64,000 nucleotides of DNA, from positions 46,163-110,162 of IMG/VR virus record IMGVR_UViG_3300024262_000019; one strand, given 5' to 3'. A program made the translations under genes and the position numbers. The DNA comes from a virus. Every line of letters begins with the position of its first letter. The stretch's first letter is position 1. Positions 29,256-38,744 of this stretch are shown piece after piece. The notes below the pieces were generated by a model. It searched no databases and was not told the origin of the DNA. It was given only the letters and a program-made list of their open reading frames with translations.

Positions 29256-30876
29256 CCTTGTGCTCCGATTTCATTTTTTTAACGAAAGAAAAATCCCCAA
29301 CCAATGCATTCTGCATAGTCTGGTCAACGAACTCCTCTATACCCTTCATCTCGTCCGGGACGTTGCCCTGTAAGATCTGCGCGTAGTATCTAGCAGCAAA
29401 ATACGGATCTCTGGCGATGTCACCGGAGTGTGTTGCCAGCATCCACATCCTACTTAATGCACCGCACACCTGTAGGGCGCTGAGCTTCCTATCTATAAGT
29501 GCTCTCGCAAGCTCCCTAGACCTATCACCACGCATGCGCGATGCGATGTCCTGTCCAATCTCCTCAAACACCTTAATCTCTTCATCTCCGCCGCGAACGA
29601 CCAGCATAGTCATAATGTCATTCCACATCAGCGCTTTACCAGTTGCCGGGTCAGCGACGACATCCCCATATGCACCGACTCCCGACTCCATGTATCTCTT
29701 TCCGATTCTGGCTGGGCACGGAAGAGACATCTCATTTCCATATGCGATAACCGGATGACTTTCGTTGTCACAGAATGCAATGTCGCCAAAACTTCGATCG
29801 AGATTCCACACAACAAAATCAAACACAGCTAGGCGAAGAAACGATATCCTTCGATCCGGTGGCATGGTTTCCCATATCCGATTTAGGACATCTGTCCTCT
29901 CTTCGCTTCCGTTACTTTCAAAAATCGACTTGAACCATTCCTCGCCGTCTATGGTCCACAGCTGATCTCTAACGAATTGTACCGTAGCGTAGCCTCCGAG
30001 CCTCTTACGCACATTGTCTGGATCGTCACCGGTCTCGCGGGCTACCCAGTCTACTAGCACCTCCCTCCTCTCTATCAAGGAGTCTGGGAGCACCGAAGTT
30101 AAGTCTCCATCATCGTCGAATCTACTAATCGTAGGAGGAATAACATCGTCGAGCCCACAGGACTTTGCCACCTCATATGCAGATGCCGCTCTCACTGACA
30201 GATCGCCACCCTCTTTCAGATTGACCAAATCTCCCCATATTGAATGGATAACAGGATCTCTTAGAGACTCAATCCATAGGTAGGCGCTAAAGGAGCCTCC
30301 GCGATGAGACTCAATGCGAGCGAGCATAGATCCGCTGCCCGGTTTGACGACTGTCATTTTGCGAACAGTGCCAGATCTGAGGTCATTAAGAAGGTCTGGC
30401 TCATCGACACCCCATAGCACTCTATCTGTTGGGAGAACCGAAGCTATGGCTATATTTAGAGGACCGGGATCTATAACCTGCAACGCTCGGTTGCCTTTGT
30501 CATACCTTCTTCTAAGCTCAGCTGGGACCGGATCTTCCTCCTCGGCAGCTGACTTCGTCGTCTTCTTAATCCAGGCAATATCGTAATAGCGAACTGACAT
30601 CCTAGTAGGCAATGGCTCAGGCTGCGCTGCGACCACACCAGCCTGGGCTGGAGCTATGGCAGGCTGAAGCATTGGGCCATTCTTACCCTTGCTAACAGAA
30701 AGAGGTTGAATGGACGAATCCCTGCCTGTCTTAGATGCATACTCGTCGTTTGGGTTTGCCTTCTTGACATGAAACGCCTGCTTAACGACCTGCGTTCCAC
30801 CATCGGGAGATCTGCGACGAACCTTTTTTATGACTCTAACTAGGCTCGCACCGAACTGTTCATATATATCACTCAT
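29239..30876 (-). CDS. HipA/PI3K-PI4K-like kinase-fold protein, partly degenerate (copy 1)
   Basis: VRAASAYEVAKSCGLDDVIPPTISR, ATVQFV, AVFDFVVWNLDRSFGD, IAYGNEMSLP. Confidence 0.75.
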   Translation of the reverse strand: MSDIYEQFGASLVRVIKKVRRRSPDGGTQVVKQAFHVKKANPNDEYASKTGRDSSIQPLSVSKGKNGPMLQPAIAPAQAGVVAAQPEPLPTRMSVRYYDIAWIKKTTKSAAEEEDPVPAELRRRYDKGNRALQVIDPGPLNIAIASVLPTDRVLWGVDEPDLLNDLRSGTVRKMTVVKPGSGSMLARIESHRGGSFSAYLWIESLRDPVIHSIWGDLVNLKEGGDLSVRAASAYEVAKSCGLDDVIPPTISRFDDDGDLTSVLPDSLIERREVLVDWVARETGDDPDNVRKRLGGYATVQFVRDQLWTIDGEEWFKSIFESNGSEERTDVLNRIWETMPPDRRISFLRLAVFDFVVWNLDRSFGDIAFCDNESHPVIAYGNEMSLPCPARIGKRYMESGVGAYGDVVADPATGKALMWNDIMTMLVVRGGDEEIKVFEEIGQDIASRMRGDRSRELARALIDRKLSALQVCGALSRMWMLATHSGDIARDPYFAARYYAQILQGNVPDEMKGIEEFVDQTMQNALVGDFSFVKKMKSEHKDDKRS

Positions 30877-31182
30877 CTAATCCTCTATGACCTCGGAGCG
30901 AAGGAACGGACTCCTGGAGATGCGAGCATGGAATACGGCCAATGGACTCATGTCGGCAGCAATTGATGACATGTGGTATCTAGCCGAAGACACCGGCTCA
31001 AATAGCATCACGGCAGCAACTCCGGTTCCGTATAGGCCACCGTCCTCTGCCTGCCACACTTCACCGACTACGGAATGATCACTTCCAGTCCCAGGATCTA
31101 CACTGTAAATCCTAAGCCTTCTCTCATCTCCAACGATGTCATCTGGCTGCAACTCAATTGCAGGTGATCTGTCGTCTTCCAT
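30877..31182 (-). CDS. Small partner protein A (precedes kinase copy 1)
   Basis: 101 aa, abutting both neighbours; paralogous to partner B. Confidence 0.7.
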   Translation of the reverse strand: MEDDRSPAIELQPDDIVGDERRLRIYSVDPGTGSDHSVVGEVWQAEDGGLYGTGVAAVMLFEPVSSARYHMSSIAADMSPLAVFHARISRSPFLRSEVIED

Positions 31183-31183
31183 A

Positions 31184-31960
31184 CTAGAACTCCAAACCTA
31201 AGGCCGCATCCGTGATTGCCTCTTCGATGATCTCGTTGATGTCAACCTTCTTAGATCTTGAGGCTCTAACAATTCTCTTCATTGCCTCCCTAGTCTTATC
31301 AGACATCGCAACATAGATGTGCTCCTTGCCGCCCCAGGTGAAGACGAGGAAACTGTACTGAGCGGTATCACCGCTGTCGGACATGAACCTCTGAATGATC
31401 TTATCTAGATCTCCAACAGTCCTAGCCTCCTTGGCTTGCTTTCCAAATTCATCAGCCAGCTCAGCGGACATCGACTTCTTGATGTCGCCCTTAACCTGTT
31501 TGATCAGCTTCTGAAGCCCAGAGTCGTCTGTGTAGCCAAGCAGCTGCACAGCTTCGTCTCCATACTTCTTGGCCATCTCATTGTAAATAGCGACCATTTT
31601 GTCGGGATTCATCTTCCCGTGAAGAACATTGGACCTGACATTCTGAAGCTTCCTAAGATCTTCCTCCTGCCACTTGTCGCCCTGGAGAACGTCCACTGGG
31701 ATGCGCTTGAGACCAAGTGCCTTTGCAGCAGCAGCGCGATGGTGGCCGCTGACTATCTCGTAGTAAGTTGAACCATCTTCTCGCTCAACATGGGCCACGG
31801 TTGGCGGGTCGATGAACCCAACCTTCTTGATCGTCTTCTTGAGGAGCGCGAACTCCTCCTCGGTCATCTCATTCGGATTCCACTCAGCGCCAACTAGTTC
31901 ACCTGGGCTGACAGTGATTCTCTCGACATCCATCTTCTCGGGAGAGATGTCTGGCATCAT
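31184..31960 (-). CDS. ParB/Srx N-terminal domain protein
   Basis: WNPNEM...IKKVGFIDPPTV...YEIVSGHHRAAAAKALGL. Confidence 0.85.
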   Translation of the reverse strand: MMPDISPEKMDVERITVSPGELVGAEWNPNEMTEEEFALLKKTIKKVGFIDPPTVAHVEREDGSTYYEIVSGHHRAAAAKALGLKRIPVDVLQGDKWQEEDLRKLQNVRSNVLHGKMNPDKMVAIYNEMAKKYGDEAVQLLGYTDDSGLQKLIKQVKGDIKKSMSAELADEFGKQAKEARTVGDLDKIIQRFMSDSGDTAQYSFLVFTWGGKEHIYVAMSDKTREAMKRIVRASRSKKVDINEIIEEAITDAALGLEF

Positions 31961-32172
31961 GAGTCCAAAGCCTCAGCGATGGCCATGAGCCTTTCCGCAG
32001 CCAACAAGATCTCACCTCGAAGCTGATACTGCCAAATCTCAATATTGATATCATTGGATGGCAGCTCGTCGCCCGGAATGCCGGCTTCGAGCTTCTCCTT
32101 CTGCCTACCAAGAAGAGACAATACCTGATCTATTTCATCCCGGAGTGTGTCCGGCTGGAGACGCATGGTCAT
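31957..32172 (-). CDS. Hypothetical protein
   Basis: 71-aa ORF with ATGA overlap. Confidence 0.5.
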   Translation of the reverse strand: MTMRLQPDTLRDEIDQVLSLLGRQKEKLEAGIPGDELPSNDINIEIWQYQLRGEILLAAERLMAIAEALDS

Positions 32173-32210
32173 GCCGCCAGTCTAACTATCTAGCTGTAAT
32201 TAGGCTACTC

Positions 32211-32981
32211 CTAAACAGTGAGACTTTCTCTTGAGTCCACGCTATCCGGCTCATCGCGAAGATAGGCATGCCAGATCTCCTCGGTTAGAATCGTAACCCT
32301 ATTCTTCTCTAGCGAATCCAAGATTTGAGATCGGTTATGTCGGCGAAAATCCCAGCATCGCTTGCAGAGCCCATCCCCGGAATGCCTAGTTCTCTCATCG
32401 CTGCCGCTGGCACCGCATAGCCTGCAATTATCCAGATCATAGTGAAGTGACCACTTGCGCTTCTCGGTGCGAAGATAGCTGGTTATCTCCTGCACCTGGT
32501 CAAACGTAATCATGTACTTCCTGAGCCCGTACCGCTTCCAGGTCTGTTTTATAGCGTCTCGGGCTCTCTGTATCTGCCGCCAATCATACCCAGTCTCACG
32601 CTCAATCTGGAGCCTCGTATAGGTACCCTGCGTTGGCGAGAAACCCAGCTCGTAGCATCGCCTCTCTATCGCCAGTCGATTACGTCTGATGAGCTGATCC
32701 ATCAACTCGAATATGCTCAGATGGCCGACATTCTTCATTAGGATCAGATCCTCATCCTTGGACCAAGGATAGGTAATTCTGCCAGGTCTACAGCCAGCTC
32801 GTTTACCCTTCTCGTCCCTGATGTTGAGATCGGTAGCCTTTGCCCGAACAGCCTGAACAGTCTTACCAAGGATAGCCGCTACCTCTGAGTCACGCCTAGT
32901 TCCCCAAAGCTCGCGAAGCTTACCCTCCTCATCGGCAGTCCAGCGAGACCTTTTACGTCTTGTACCGGATGATTCCCCCAT
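32211..32981 (-). CDS. Myb/SANT-like repeat DNA-binding protein with C-terminal Zn finger
   Basis: RWTADEEGKLRELW and PWSKDEDLILMKN repeats; CRLCG...HSGDGLCKRC. Confidence 0.65.
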   Translation of the reverse strand: MGESSGTRRKRSRWTADEEGKLRELWGTRRDSEVAAILGKTVQAVRAKATDLNIRDEKGKRAGCRPGRITYPWSKDEDLILMKNVGHLSIFELMDQLIRRNRLAIERRCYELGFSPTQGTYTRLQIERETGYDWRQIQRARDAIKQTWKRYGLRKYMITFDQVQEITSYLRTEKRKWSLHYDLDNCRLCGASGSDERTRHSGDGLCKRCWDFRRHNRSQILDSLEKNRVTILTEEIWHAYLRDEPDSVDSRESLTV

Positions 32982-33102
32982 TGGTGGAGTCTAAAGGGTA
33001 ATTAAAATCCATGCAAATATTTGCAATGAGTATAAACAGCTAAGCCCCCGGAGATACCTAAGTATCGATCCGAGGGCTTACCCTTGGTATCAAGGTCTAA
33101 GT

Positions 33103-33687
33103 CTATGCAACTTGGTCTTGATAGTTCTCAAGCATCTCAGAGATCGCAATGCTATTCCCGGCAATAACACCAAGGATAGCCTTCCAAGCCCACTGAGCCT
33201 GGAATTCCGTAGGAGCAAACGTCTCTTTCCAGAACGTAGCGATTTCCTGCTCCCTCTCCGACGCATAGGCAAGAAGAAGACCCTCTTCTGCCGTAGGCAT
33301 CTGCTCGCCCATCATAAGAAGACCCTCCAGTGCCATGATATTACACATGGCAATGTACGGACCCTTGTTACACTTCACACCCATGGTCTTCGTGGGGTCG
33401 CCAAGTTCATACGCCTCAATCCCATTGAGATGGCGACCTTCGCGCATAATGCTGAAATAAGCAGGCTTCCAGAAGGAAAGAGCCTTCTCGACCTTAGAAC
33501 GAGGGATAAGCGCCTTGTTGGTCAAGGCGGCATCGCCATTGGCCGATGCCTTGCGCTGCTCAATTATCTCCCAGAGACGTCCCAGCTCAACTGGATCCAT
33601 ACTCTGTCCTGCCGTCGTAGGCACCTGACTTCTTCCGACCTGCCCAATGGGAAAGCCATCTGCTCCTAGTAATCCACTACTCATCAT
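33103..33687 (-). CDS. Hypothetical protein
   Basis: 194-aa ORF with GGAG RBS; hairpin follows at about 33040-33080. Confidence 0.6.
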   Translation of the reverse strand: MMSSGLLGADGFPIGQVGRSQVPTTAGQSMDPVELGRLWEIIEQRKASANGDAALTNKALIPRSKVEKALSFWKPAYFSIMREGRHLNGIEAYELGDPTKTMGVKCNKGPYIAMCNIMALEGLLMMGEQMPTAEEGLLLAYASEREQEIATFWKETFAPTEFQAQWAWKAILGVIAGNSIAISEMLENYQDQVA

Positions 33688-33695
33688 CTACTCCA

Positions 33696-34170
33696 TCAAG
33701 AGGCTTGTTTAACGTCTTTAGGCGGAGATACCCTAGACTCGGGAGACCTCTTATCCAACCCATTCTGAATATTCTCGAACTGCCCACATCTGTAATGATC
33801 TGTAATCGTTTCTATTTTGAATTTCTTCAGGCGAGATTGAACGTCAATTGCCTCTTCTAGGCCAGCATCAACTGCATGCTCCATCGCAGAAACAACCTGA
33901 TCTACGATATCTAGCCGGCGAATATGGGCAAGCCTAGCAGTACTTTCAACCAGCTGCGCCAACTGTGGATACCTTACGTTCATCTTCTCGTGATGAGCTA
34001 GCCTGCAAGCGCTTGCGCGGGTACAGATATCCATGCAAGCAGACCTGTTGCTGAGCTTATCCTCGCCGTAGACCGCTACTGCCCGACCCTGGCCGTAGCC
34101 AAGGTATCCGAAGCATTCCCACTTAGCGATTTCGCCCCTGATTCTCTTCTTATGCTTGGCAAACCCCATG
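33696..34170 (-). CDS. Cys-containing hypothetical protein (start probably MGFAKH near 34169)
   Basis: The ORF-track start at 34253 overlaps the upstream gene; an internal ATG abuts its stop. Confidence 0.55.
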
Positions 34171-35106
34171 CTACTTGTCGCCCTTTTGCTTCTCCTCCAT
34201 AAGGCGCCATAGAAGATCGGTTCCATGAACCGGCTTACCGGTCTTTGGGTCAATCGCGATAATGAGAAGACCTAGCCGTCTCTCCATCTTGGAGATGTAC
34301 TTATCGACATCCTTCTTGGGATCATCGAAGTCATTGTTTGACAAGAAATCCTGGCATATAAGCTCAAGATTGTGACCCTTCTTGTCGGAGTTTGAGATGC
34401 TCTCAGCCCTCTTGAAGGCCGCATCGCAGGTCGTCTTCTGTCCTTCGAATAGGCCAGCCTGGAATGTGGTCATCTCCTCCGGCTTAGGAAGAGACTTGCC
34501 CTTTTCCTTTTCGGATACCTCTGGTCCACTCCCCTGGTCCGCTTCTTCGGTGTCGGTCGATTTGATTGCCGCAACTGCCCTGGCAGTCTTGATGGCCATC
34601 TTCAACTCATCGAATGTGAGATCAGTGGCCTTGTCGATCCACAGGGTGATGTTGCTCATGTCGGCAACGCCTGCCAACAGGTAGACCTTTGAGCGACCAA
34701 CAGAAATCAGCTGATCGATCACCTTCGCTGGCATCTCCTGAGAGATTGCAAACCAGTAATACGCATAGCGTAGGTTCTCGGCGGTACGTTTCTGGATTCC
34801 GACTTCCTGCTCGCAGTAGTCTCCGAACCCGCTATAGCCCCACTTTTTGAACAGCTCAACACGCTCGCCAACTGCGCCCTTGCCCTTAAGCATGGCTCGG
34901 TACCCGCCTGGGACACCATCGTAAACGTCATAGAGAACGCGACCAAGATCCCAGTATTTGGTCTCGATCTCGTGGACTAAAGTCCTTGCCTCCTGCCTCA
35001 GATCTGCCTCAGCTTTTTCCAGTTCTTCTTCTGAAACATCAATATTATCCGAAGATTTGGCAGTATTGTCGTGCTTTCCGCCGACAACTCTCAGTGTCGT
35101 TTTCAT
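34171..35106 (-). CDS. DNA-binding-type protein, DUF3102-like N-terminal domain
   Basis: YWDLGRVLYDVY...WGYSGFGDYCEQEVGIQKRTAENL pattern. Confidence 0.55.
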   Translation of the reverse strand: MKTTLRVVGGKHDNTAKSSDNIDVSEEELEKAEADLRQEARTLVHEIETKYWDLGRVLYDVYDGVPGGYRAMLKGKGAVGERVELFKKWGYSGFGDYCEQEVGIQKRTAENLRYAYYWFAISQEMPAKVIDQLISVGRSKVYLLAGVADMSNITLWIDKATDLTFDELKMAIKTARAVAAIKSTDTEEADQGSGPEVSEKEKGKSLPKPEEMTTFQAGLFEGQKTTCDAAFKRAESISNSDKKGHNLELICQDFLSNNDFDDPKKDVDKYISKMERRLGLLIIAIDPKTGKPVHGTDLLWRLMEEKQKGDK

Positions 35107-35120
35107 CTCGTATCCCCCGC

Positions 35121-35264
35121 TTATTGTTTCTTTGATTGGTCGAGAGGCTTACCACACCCGGCACACTTGGGAGTAGCGTATAGCTCTTCCGTCAACATAA
35201 CCCGATCGTCACCGCACGATCCACAGCCCTTGGATTCGGTTTTATCTTTATTAGTCTTTTCCAT
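35121..35264 (-). CDS. 47-aa zinc-ribbon protein
   Basis: MEKTNKDKTESKGCGSCG...PKCAGCGKPL; not in the ORF track. Confidence 0.55.
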   Translation of the reverse strand: MEKTNKDKTESKGCGSCGDDRVMLTEELYATPKCAGCGKPLDQSKKQ

Positions 35265-35595
35265 CAGTTACCCCAATTTCTTCATCATCGGAAACGAATT
35301 CCACTGTTTTAGCTCTAACCTCGGTGAGCTTCCCGAACTTTCCAGACCGATTCATAAGCTCGCCGACCACGATACAGTAGGATCCGCTGCGAGCTTCGTC
35401 GTCGCATTGGGTAGCCATTGGACCGTATGCGTTAACCCTAACACGCATGGATTTTCGACCGCTATCCTCGGACGACACTGAAAACGAAAATGCATTACCG
35501 CCATCTCCAGTGGTTCCAGATACCATCTTACCCTCGACGTATCCGCTTATTAGCACCTGATTGTGCCCTCTCATTTTTCGTTTTTTCCTCACCAT
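35251..35595 (-). CDS. ssb: Bacterial-type single-stranded DNA-binding protein (OB fold)
   Basis: NQVLISG...FSFSVS...VNAYG..A...G.Y.IVVGEL...EVRAKTVEF; start probably MRGHNQ. Confidence 0.75.
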   Translation of the reverse strand: MVRKKRKMRGHNQVLISGYVEGKMVSGTTGDGGNAFSFSVSSEDSGRKSMRVRVNAYGPMATQCDDEARSGSYCIVVGELMNRSGKFGKLTEVRAKTVEFVSDDEEIGVTDGKD

Positions 35596-36187
35596 CTACA
35601 GATCTCTTCGCCGAGGGAACCAAACTGTTCCAGCAATACTTCGCTGTGACATATGCATCCATCTCATCCTGCGAAGGAAACTCTAATCCATTCTTCCTGA
35701 GAAGAAATTCTACGGCATCCTTGATAGTCGCCTTTTTCGTGCCGCCGCGTTTACCTGGAATCGTTCCATATGACCAGTGCTTCTTCGTCTTGCCCTTGGC
35801 ATCAACAACTGTCACCTGAACTTTATGCAGTGTGCCCACGACAGCTTTACGCATATGACCAGCCTCTTTAACCATCGGTATGGCTCCGGTGGCTAGGAAG
35901 ATCTGAACCTTTATCACTCCGTGAAGCTCGCCTATCCTAGCGGCCTGCCATTGCTGATTTTTAGCTGGAGCTTCAATGATTATGTGGTCTGGCTTCTCCT
36001 TACGAATCAGATCAAGGACTAGCTCTGTAATTGCAATAAGCCTCCTTACGTCCGCCTCAACACCTTTAACCTGTGGCTGCGGATATAGGGCTGTCCATAT
36101 TGATTCAGGAACTTCACTTCCAGGGGTACCATCTAAGATGCACACTCCTGTAGCCCTGAGACTAAGGTCGAGTCCAAGCACCTTCAA
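35528..36187 (-). CDS. ruvC: RuvC-like Holliday junction resolvase
   Basis: VLGLDLSLRATG, IIIEAP, GELHGVIK, DEMDAY. Confidence 0.85.
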   Translation of the reverse strand: MKVLGLDLSLRATGVCILDGTPGSEVPESIWTALYPQPQVKGVEADVRRLIAITELVLDLIRKEKPDHIIIEAPAKNQQWQAARIGELHGVIKVQIFLATGAIPMVKEAGHMRKAVVGTLHKVQVTVVDAKGKTKKHWSYGTIPGKRGGTKKATIKDAVEFLLRKNGLEFPSQDEMDAYVTAKYCWNSLVPSAKRSVDGEEKTKNERAQSGANKRIRRG

Positions 36188-36532
36188 CTAGGCACCACCA
36201 CTCTGTGCTCTCATCCTGGAAACTCCGGATGCAAAGATGATCGAGTGGAGTATTCGATCGGCTCCATTGTCAGTAAGAAGGCCATCGACAGTTATGGATT
36301 CTCCCATCGCCTCTTCCACGTTGGCAGTCAAATCCTGTATCGCACCAGTATTTGCGATACCCCACGGAGACGTATGTAAGAAGCATTTGGCGCATGAGAA
36401 GTAACCATTTGGAGGCTTACCGATGGCCCATCGTGCACAGCCCTCCGAGCAGGTCATGCATATTCTCGACGAAGATCCGGTATCTATCGGCCTGACCCAC
36501 TCTGTGTCGAGTATCAGTGGACGCTTAATCAT
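36188..36532 (-). CDS. Zn-finger hypothetical protein (start probably MIKRPL)
   Basis: CMTC...CAKC; ATGA overlap with the upstream gene. Confidence 0.5.
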   Translation of the reverse strand: MIKRPLILDTEWVRPIDTGSSSRICMTCSEGCARWAIGKPPNGYFSCAKCFLHTSPWGIANTGAIQDLTANVEEAMGESITVDGLLTDNGADRILHSIIFASGVSRMRAQSGGA

Positions 36533-37425
36533 TGGCGAGTTGTAAAACAGGATACTGAGACTTCGCAAGATCTGGCTCGCGGACAATCGGAGTCCGAGCA
36601 TGCCTCTCGCTCTGGAAGGGGGCCGCCTTCGAGGCCAGATCTAATCTTCCCGATGGCTTCTTTCACCTGGATAACGGTCTCTTCGTCATACACGGAGTCA
36701 TGCTCGACGACGCCCTCCATGCCGAATTTACCCTTATTTACATAGATTATCTTCGCCCGCCTGAATCCAGTGAGCCACATGTAGCACTGCACCTGGATGA
36801 CGTGCATGAAGTCGGGGGCCTTCTTGTATTTGGCAAAATTGTTCTCGCTACAGCTCTTGAACTCCAGAACGATCACATCGTCGCTGGTAAAATTATCAGG
36901 ATCTCCATCTACGAAATATCCATCAGGGTGACCACCGACCATGTATTCATGATCTCCTATCCACTCCTCAACGAATAGAAATGCATTCGACCTGACCGTA
37001 TAGTCTGGACGACCGTTAGCCCTAGGCACGTCACCAGCAATTGCTCCACACCTGGCACACACCTCAGGACGAGGCTTGAGCCCCTCCTTGATTGACCCGT
37101 ACGTCTCACCGCACCAGGTACAGCGCCACGTCCCGACAATCCTACCAGTGGCGGCCATGACGAGATTCTGCATAGCCCAGTGCAACGCATGGCCAATGGC
37201 AAAGACCATACCCAGGTCCGGGTTGATACCCTCTCGGCGAACAATCCCATGTCTAGACATAAGGACCTCCTGCCTTGGGCACATGCCACCTATAGACGAC
37301 ATCCTCATCCAGGTCTCTGGACGCATAGGATGGTTCTCTCGGACGTCTTGTCGGAGAGCCTTCTCTATTAGCTCGTGAGCACTTTCTGTTTTTTTCTGCT
37401 TACGAATAAGGTTGTGAAGCGCCAT
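36529..37425 (-). CDS. Cas4-like PD-(D/E)XK exonuclease with Zn-ribbon insert
   Basis: SSIGGMCPR, G.ALH, GHPDG, VLEFKS, QVQCYM, C-terminal C-x4-C-x5-C-x5-C. Confidence 0.8.
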   Translation of the reverse strand: MALHNLIRKQKKTESAHELIEKALRQDVRENHPMRPETWMRMSSIGGMCPRQEVLMSRHGIVRREGINPDLGMVFAIGHALHWAMQNLVMAATGRIVGTWRCTWCGETYGSIKEGLKPRPEVCARCGAIAGDVPRANGRPDYTVRSNAFLFVEEWIGDHEYMVGGHPDGYFVDGDPDNFTSDDVIVLEFKSCSENNFAKYKKAPDFMHVIQVQCYMWLTGFRRAKIIYVNKGKFGMEGVVEHDSVYDEETVIQVKEAIGKIRSGLEGGPLPEREACSDSDCPRARSCEVSVSCFTTRQ

Positions 37426-37715
37426 AGCAATCCTCTTTTCTTTTCATCTTCTTTAATCACAAATACAGAAGAGAGCGCTCGCACATAATCGTTAGCAAGA
37501 ACGTTTGCCTCATCACCCGTGACCGTATACCCGCACGACTCACACTCGAACAGAACCCTCTCGGAATTCTCTATGAGTTCGTTGCCGCATGGCATGCATT
37601 GCATGTAGATCCCATACCCAAAAACAGTGTCAAGATTCTCAACATCCCTACGAATCTCAACGCACCCGGCTGCTGGTATCCGTAGCTTAGATCTGCTTTT
37701 TTCAAGATATGCCAT
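37368..37715 (-). CDS. Zinc-ribbon protein
   Basis: CMPCG...CESCGY. Confidence 0.55.
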   Translation of the reverse strand: MAYLEKSRSKLRIPAAGCVEIRRDVENLDTVFGYGIYMQCMPCGNELIENSERVLFECESCGYTVTGDEANVLANDYVRALSSVFVIKEDEKKRGLLWRFTTLFVSRKKQKVLTS

Positions 37716-37990
37716 TATTCGATAGTTGCCACCGTAACGGTGGTCCCGTAATCAGACTCGTCGCTGTAGAAAGTCAACAGACCCTGAAATTTATTAGCTC
37801 TGATGTTGGAACCGCACATGACGGCTAGCCTGTTGAGCATGCGTCTAATGTCATCCTCGTCACCTATCGCATCCTGCCTAACCTGGAATCGACTACCACC
37901 ACGCAATGCGATAACGGCCTGCTCGGCAAGTGCCTCAGCTACAGCAGATTTTCGCTTCCTCATTCTTTGGCGTCTCCAACGATCAAACAA
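37715..37990 (-). CDS. Hypothetical protein
   Basis: Coupled 91-aa ORF. Confidence 0.45.
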   Translation of the reverse strand: MFDRWRRQRMRKRKSAVAEALAEQAVIALRGGSRFQVRQDAIGDEDDIRRMLNRLAVMCGSNIRANKFQGLLTFYSDESDYGTTVTVATIE

Positions 37991-37992
37991 GA

Positions 37993-38265
37993 CTATTCCG
38001 TTTCTTTACTCCCTGGGGCGGTCTCCAGAAGCTCTCGCGCTCTCTCTTTGCTGACCGCGCTTACATATACAACCTGCTCAACATAGTCATTGACTGTATC
38101 CACCTCAAGGGTGACCTGCCTGAACGAATACGCATGAGATTTGTCCCCCTCGTTAAGGGTGATGCGCATACCTGGCATGCCGGATAATTGCGGAAGATCT
38201 CCCTTCCATAGAACTAGGTCACTGGAACCATGCTCAACGCCTGCCATCTGTATTCTGCTTTTCAT
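37993..38265 (-). CDS. Hypothetical protein
   Basis: Coupled 90-aa ORF. Confidence 0.5.
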   Translation of the reverse strand: MKSRIQMAGVEHGSSDLVLWKGDLPQLSGMPGMRITLNEGDKSHAYSFRQVTLEVDTVNDYVEQVVYVSAVSKERARELLETAPGSKETE

Positions 38266-38744
38266 TTCCTTGTAAGCCCTCTCATGCCAAGAGCCTTTAG
38301 GGCTTCTTCGCGTTCGTACATGACCGACTCTCGGTCGGCACCACGGAATTTCCCGCGAAAAGAGACCATATACTCCATCGTATCCAAGTAGCGAACAAAT
38401 AAGATCCCCAGGGTTCGATCACCAGCTGCGTCCAGTGTTGCCATCATCCTGTCAAAGAGCTTATCGGTGGAGTCTACGGGAACCTGCACCTTCAACTTAA
38501 AAAGCGTCTCAGAGATGATGATATCTAGCTTCCTGCACAGCTTGCTGTCGAGGAGTACATAGATGAGGCTATCAGCTTCGACACCCCTTTCGCGAGCAAG
38601 ACTGACCATCTCACCAACCGCAACGTCAAGGGCCATATCTTCACTCACCGCTTGCACGATATGCCTCCAGAAGCTCCTGCATAAACTCGGCGGGAACCAT
38701 GACCCAATCCTTACTGACAAGCTTCGGCGTATCACCGAACTCAA
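38262..38744 (-). CDS. Hypothetical protein (start probably near 38637)
   Basis: Fills the operon gap. Confidence 0.45.
   Translation of the reverse strand: MSSVIRRSLSVRIGSWFPPSLCRSFWRHIVQAVSEDMALDVAVGEMVSLARERGVEADSLIYVLLDSKLCRKLDIIISETLFKLKVQVPVDSTDKLFDRMMATLDAAGDRTLGILFVRYLDTMEYMVSFRGKFRGADRESVMYEREEALKALGMRGLTRK

Noticed and set aside
26202-31182. Calling the kinase block a standard hipBA/hipBST toxin-antitoxin locus
   Set aside because: No HipB-like Xre HTH gene is adjacent, two of the three kinases lack catalytic residues, and similarity of the small proteins to HipS is only by size and position.
36529-37425. Cas4-like nuclease as evidence of CRISPR-Cas
   Set aside because: No repeat-spacer array or other cas genes were seen; solo Cas4-like nucleases are common in phage recombination modules.
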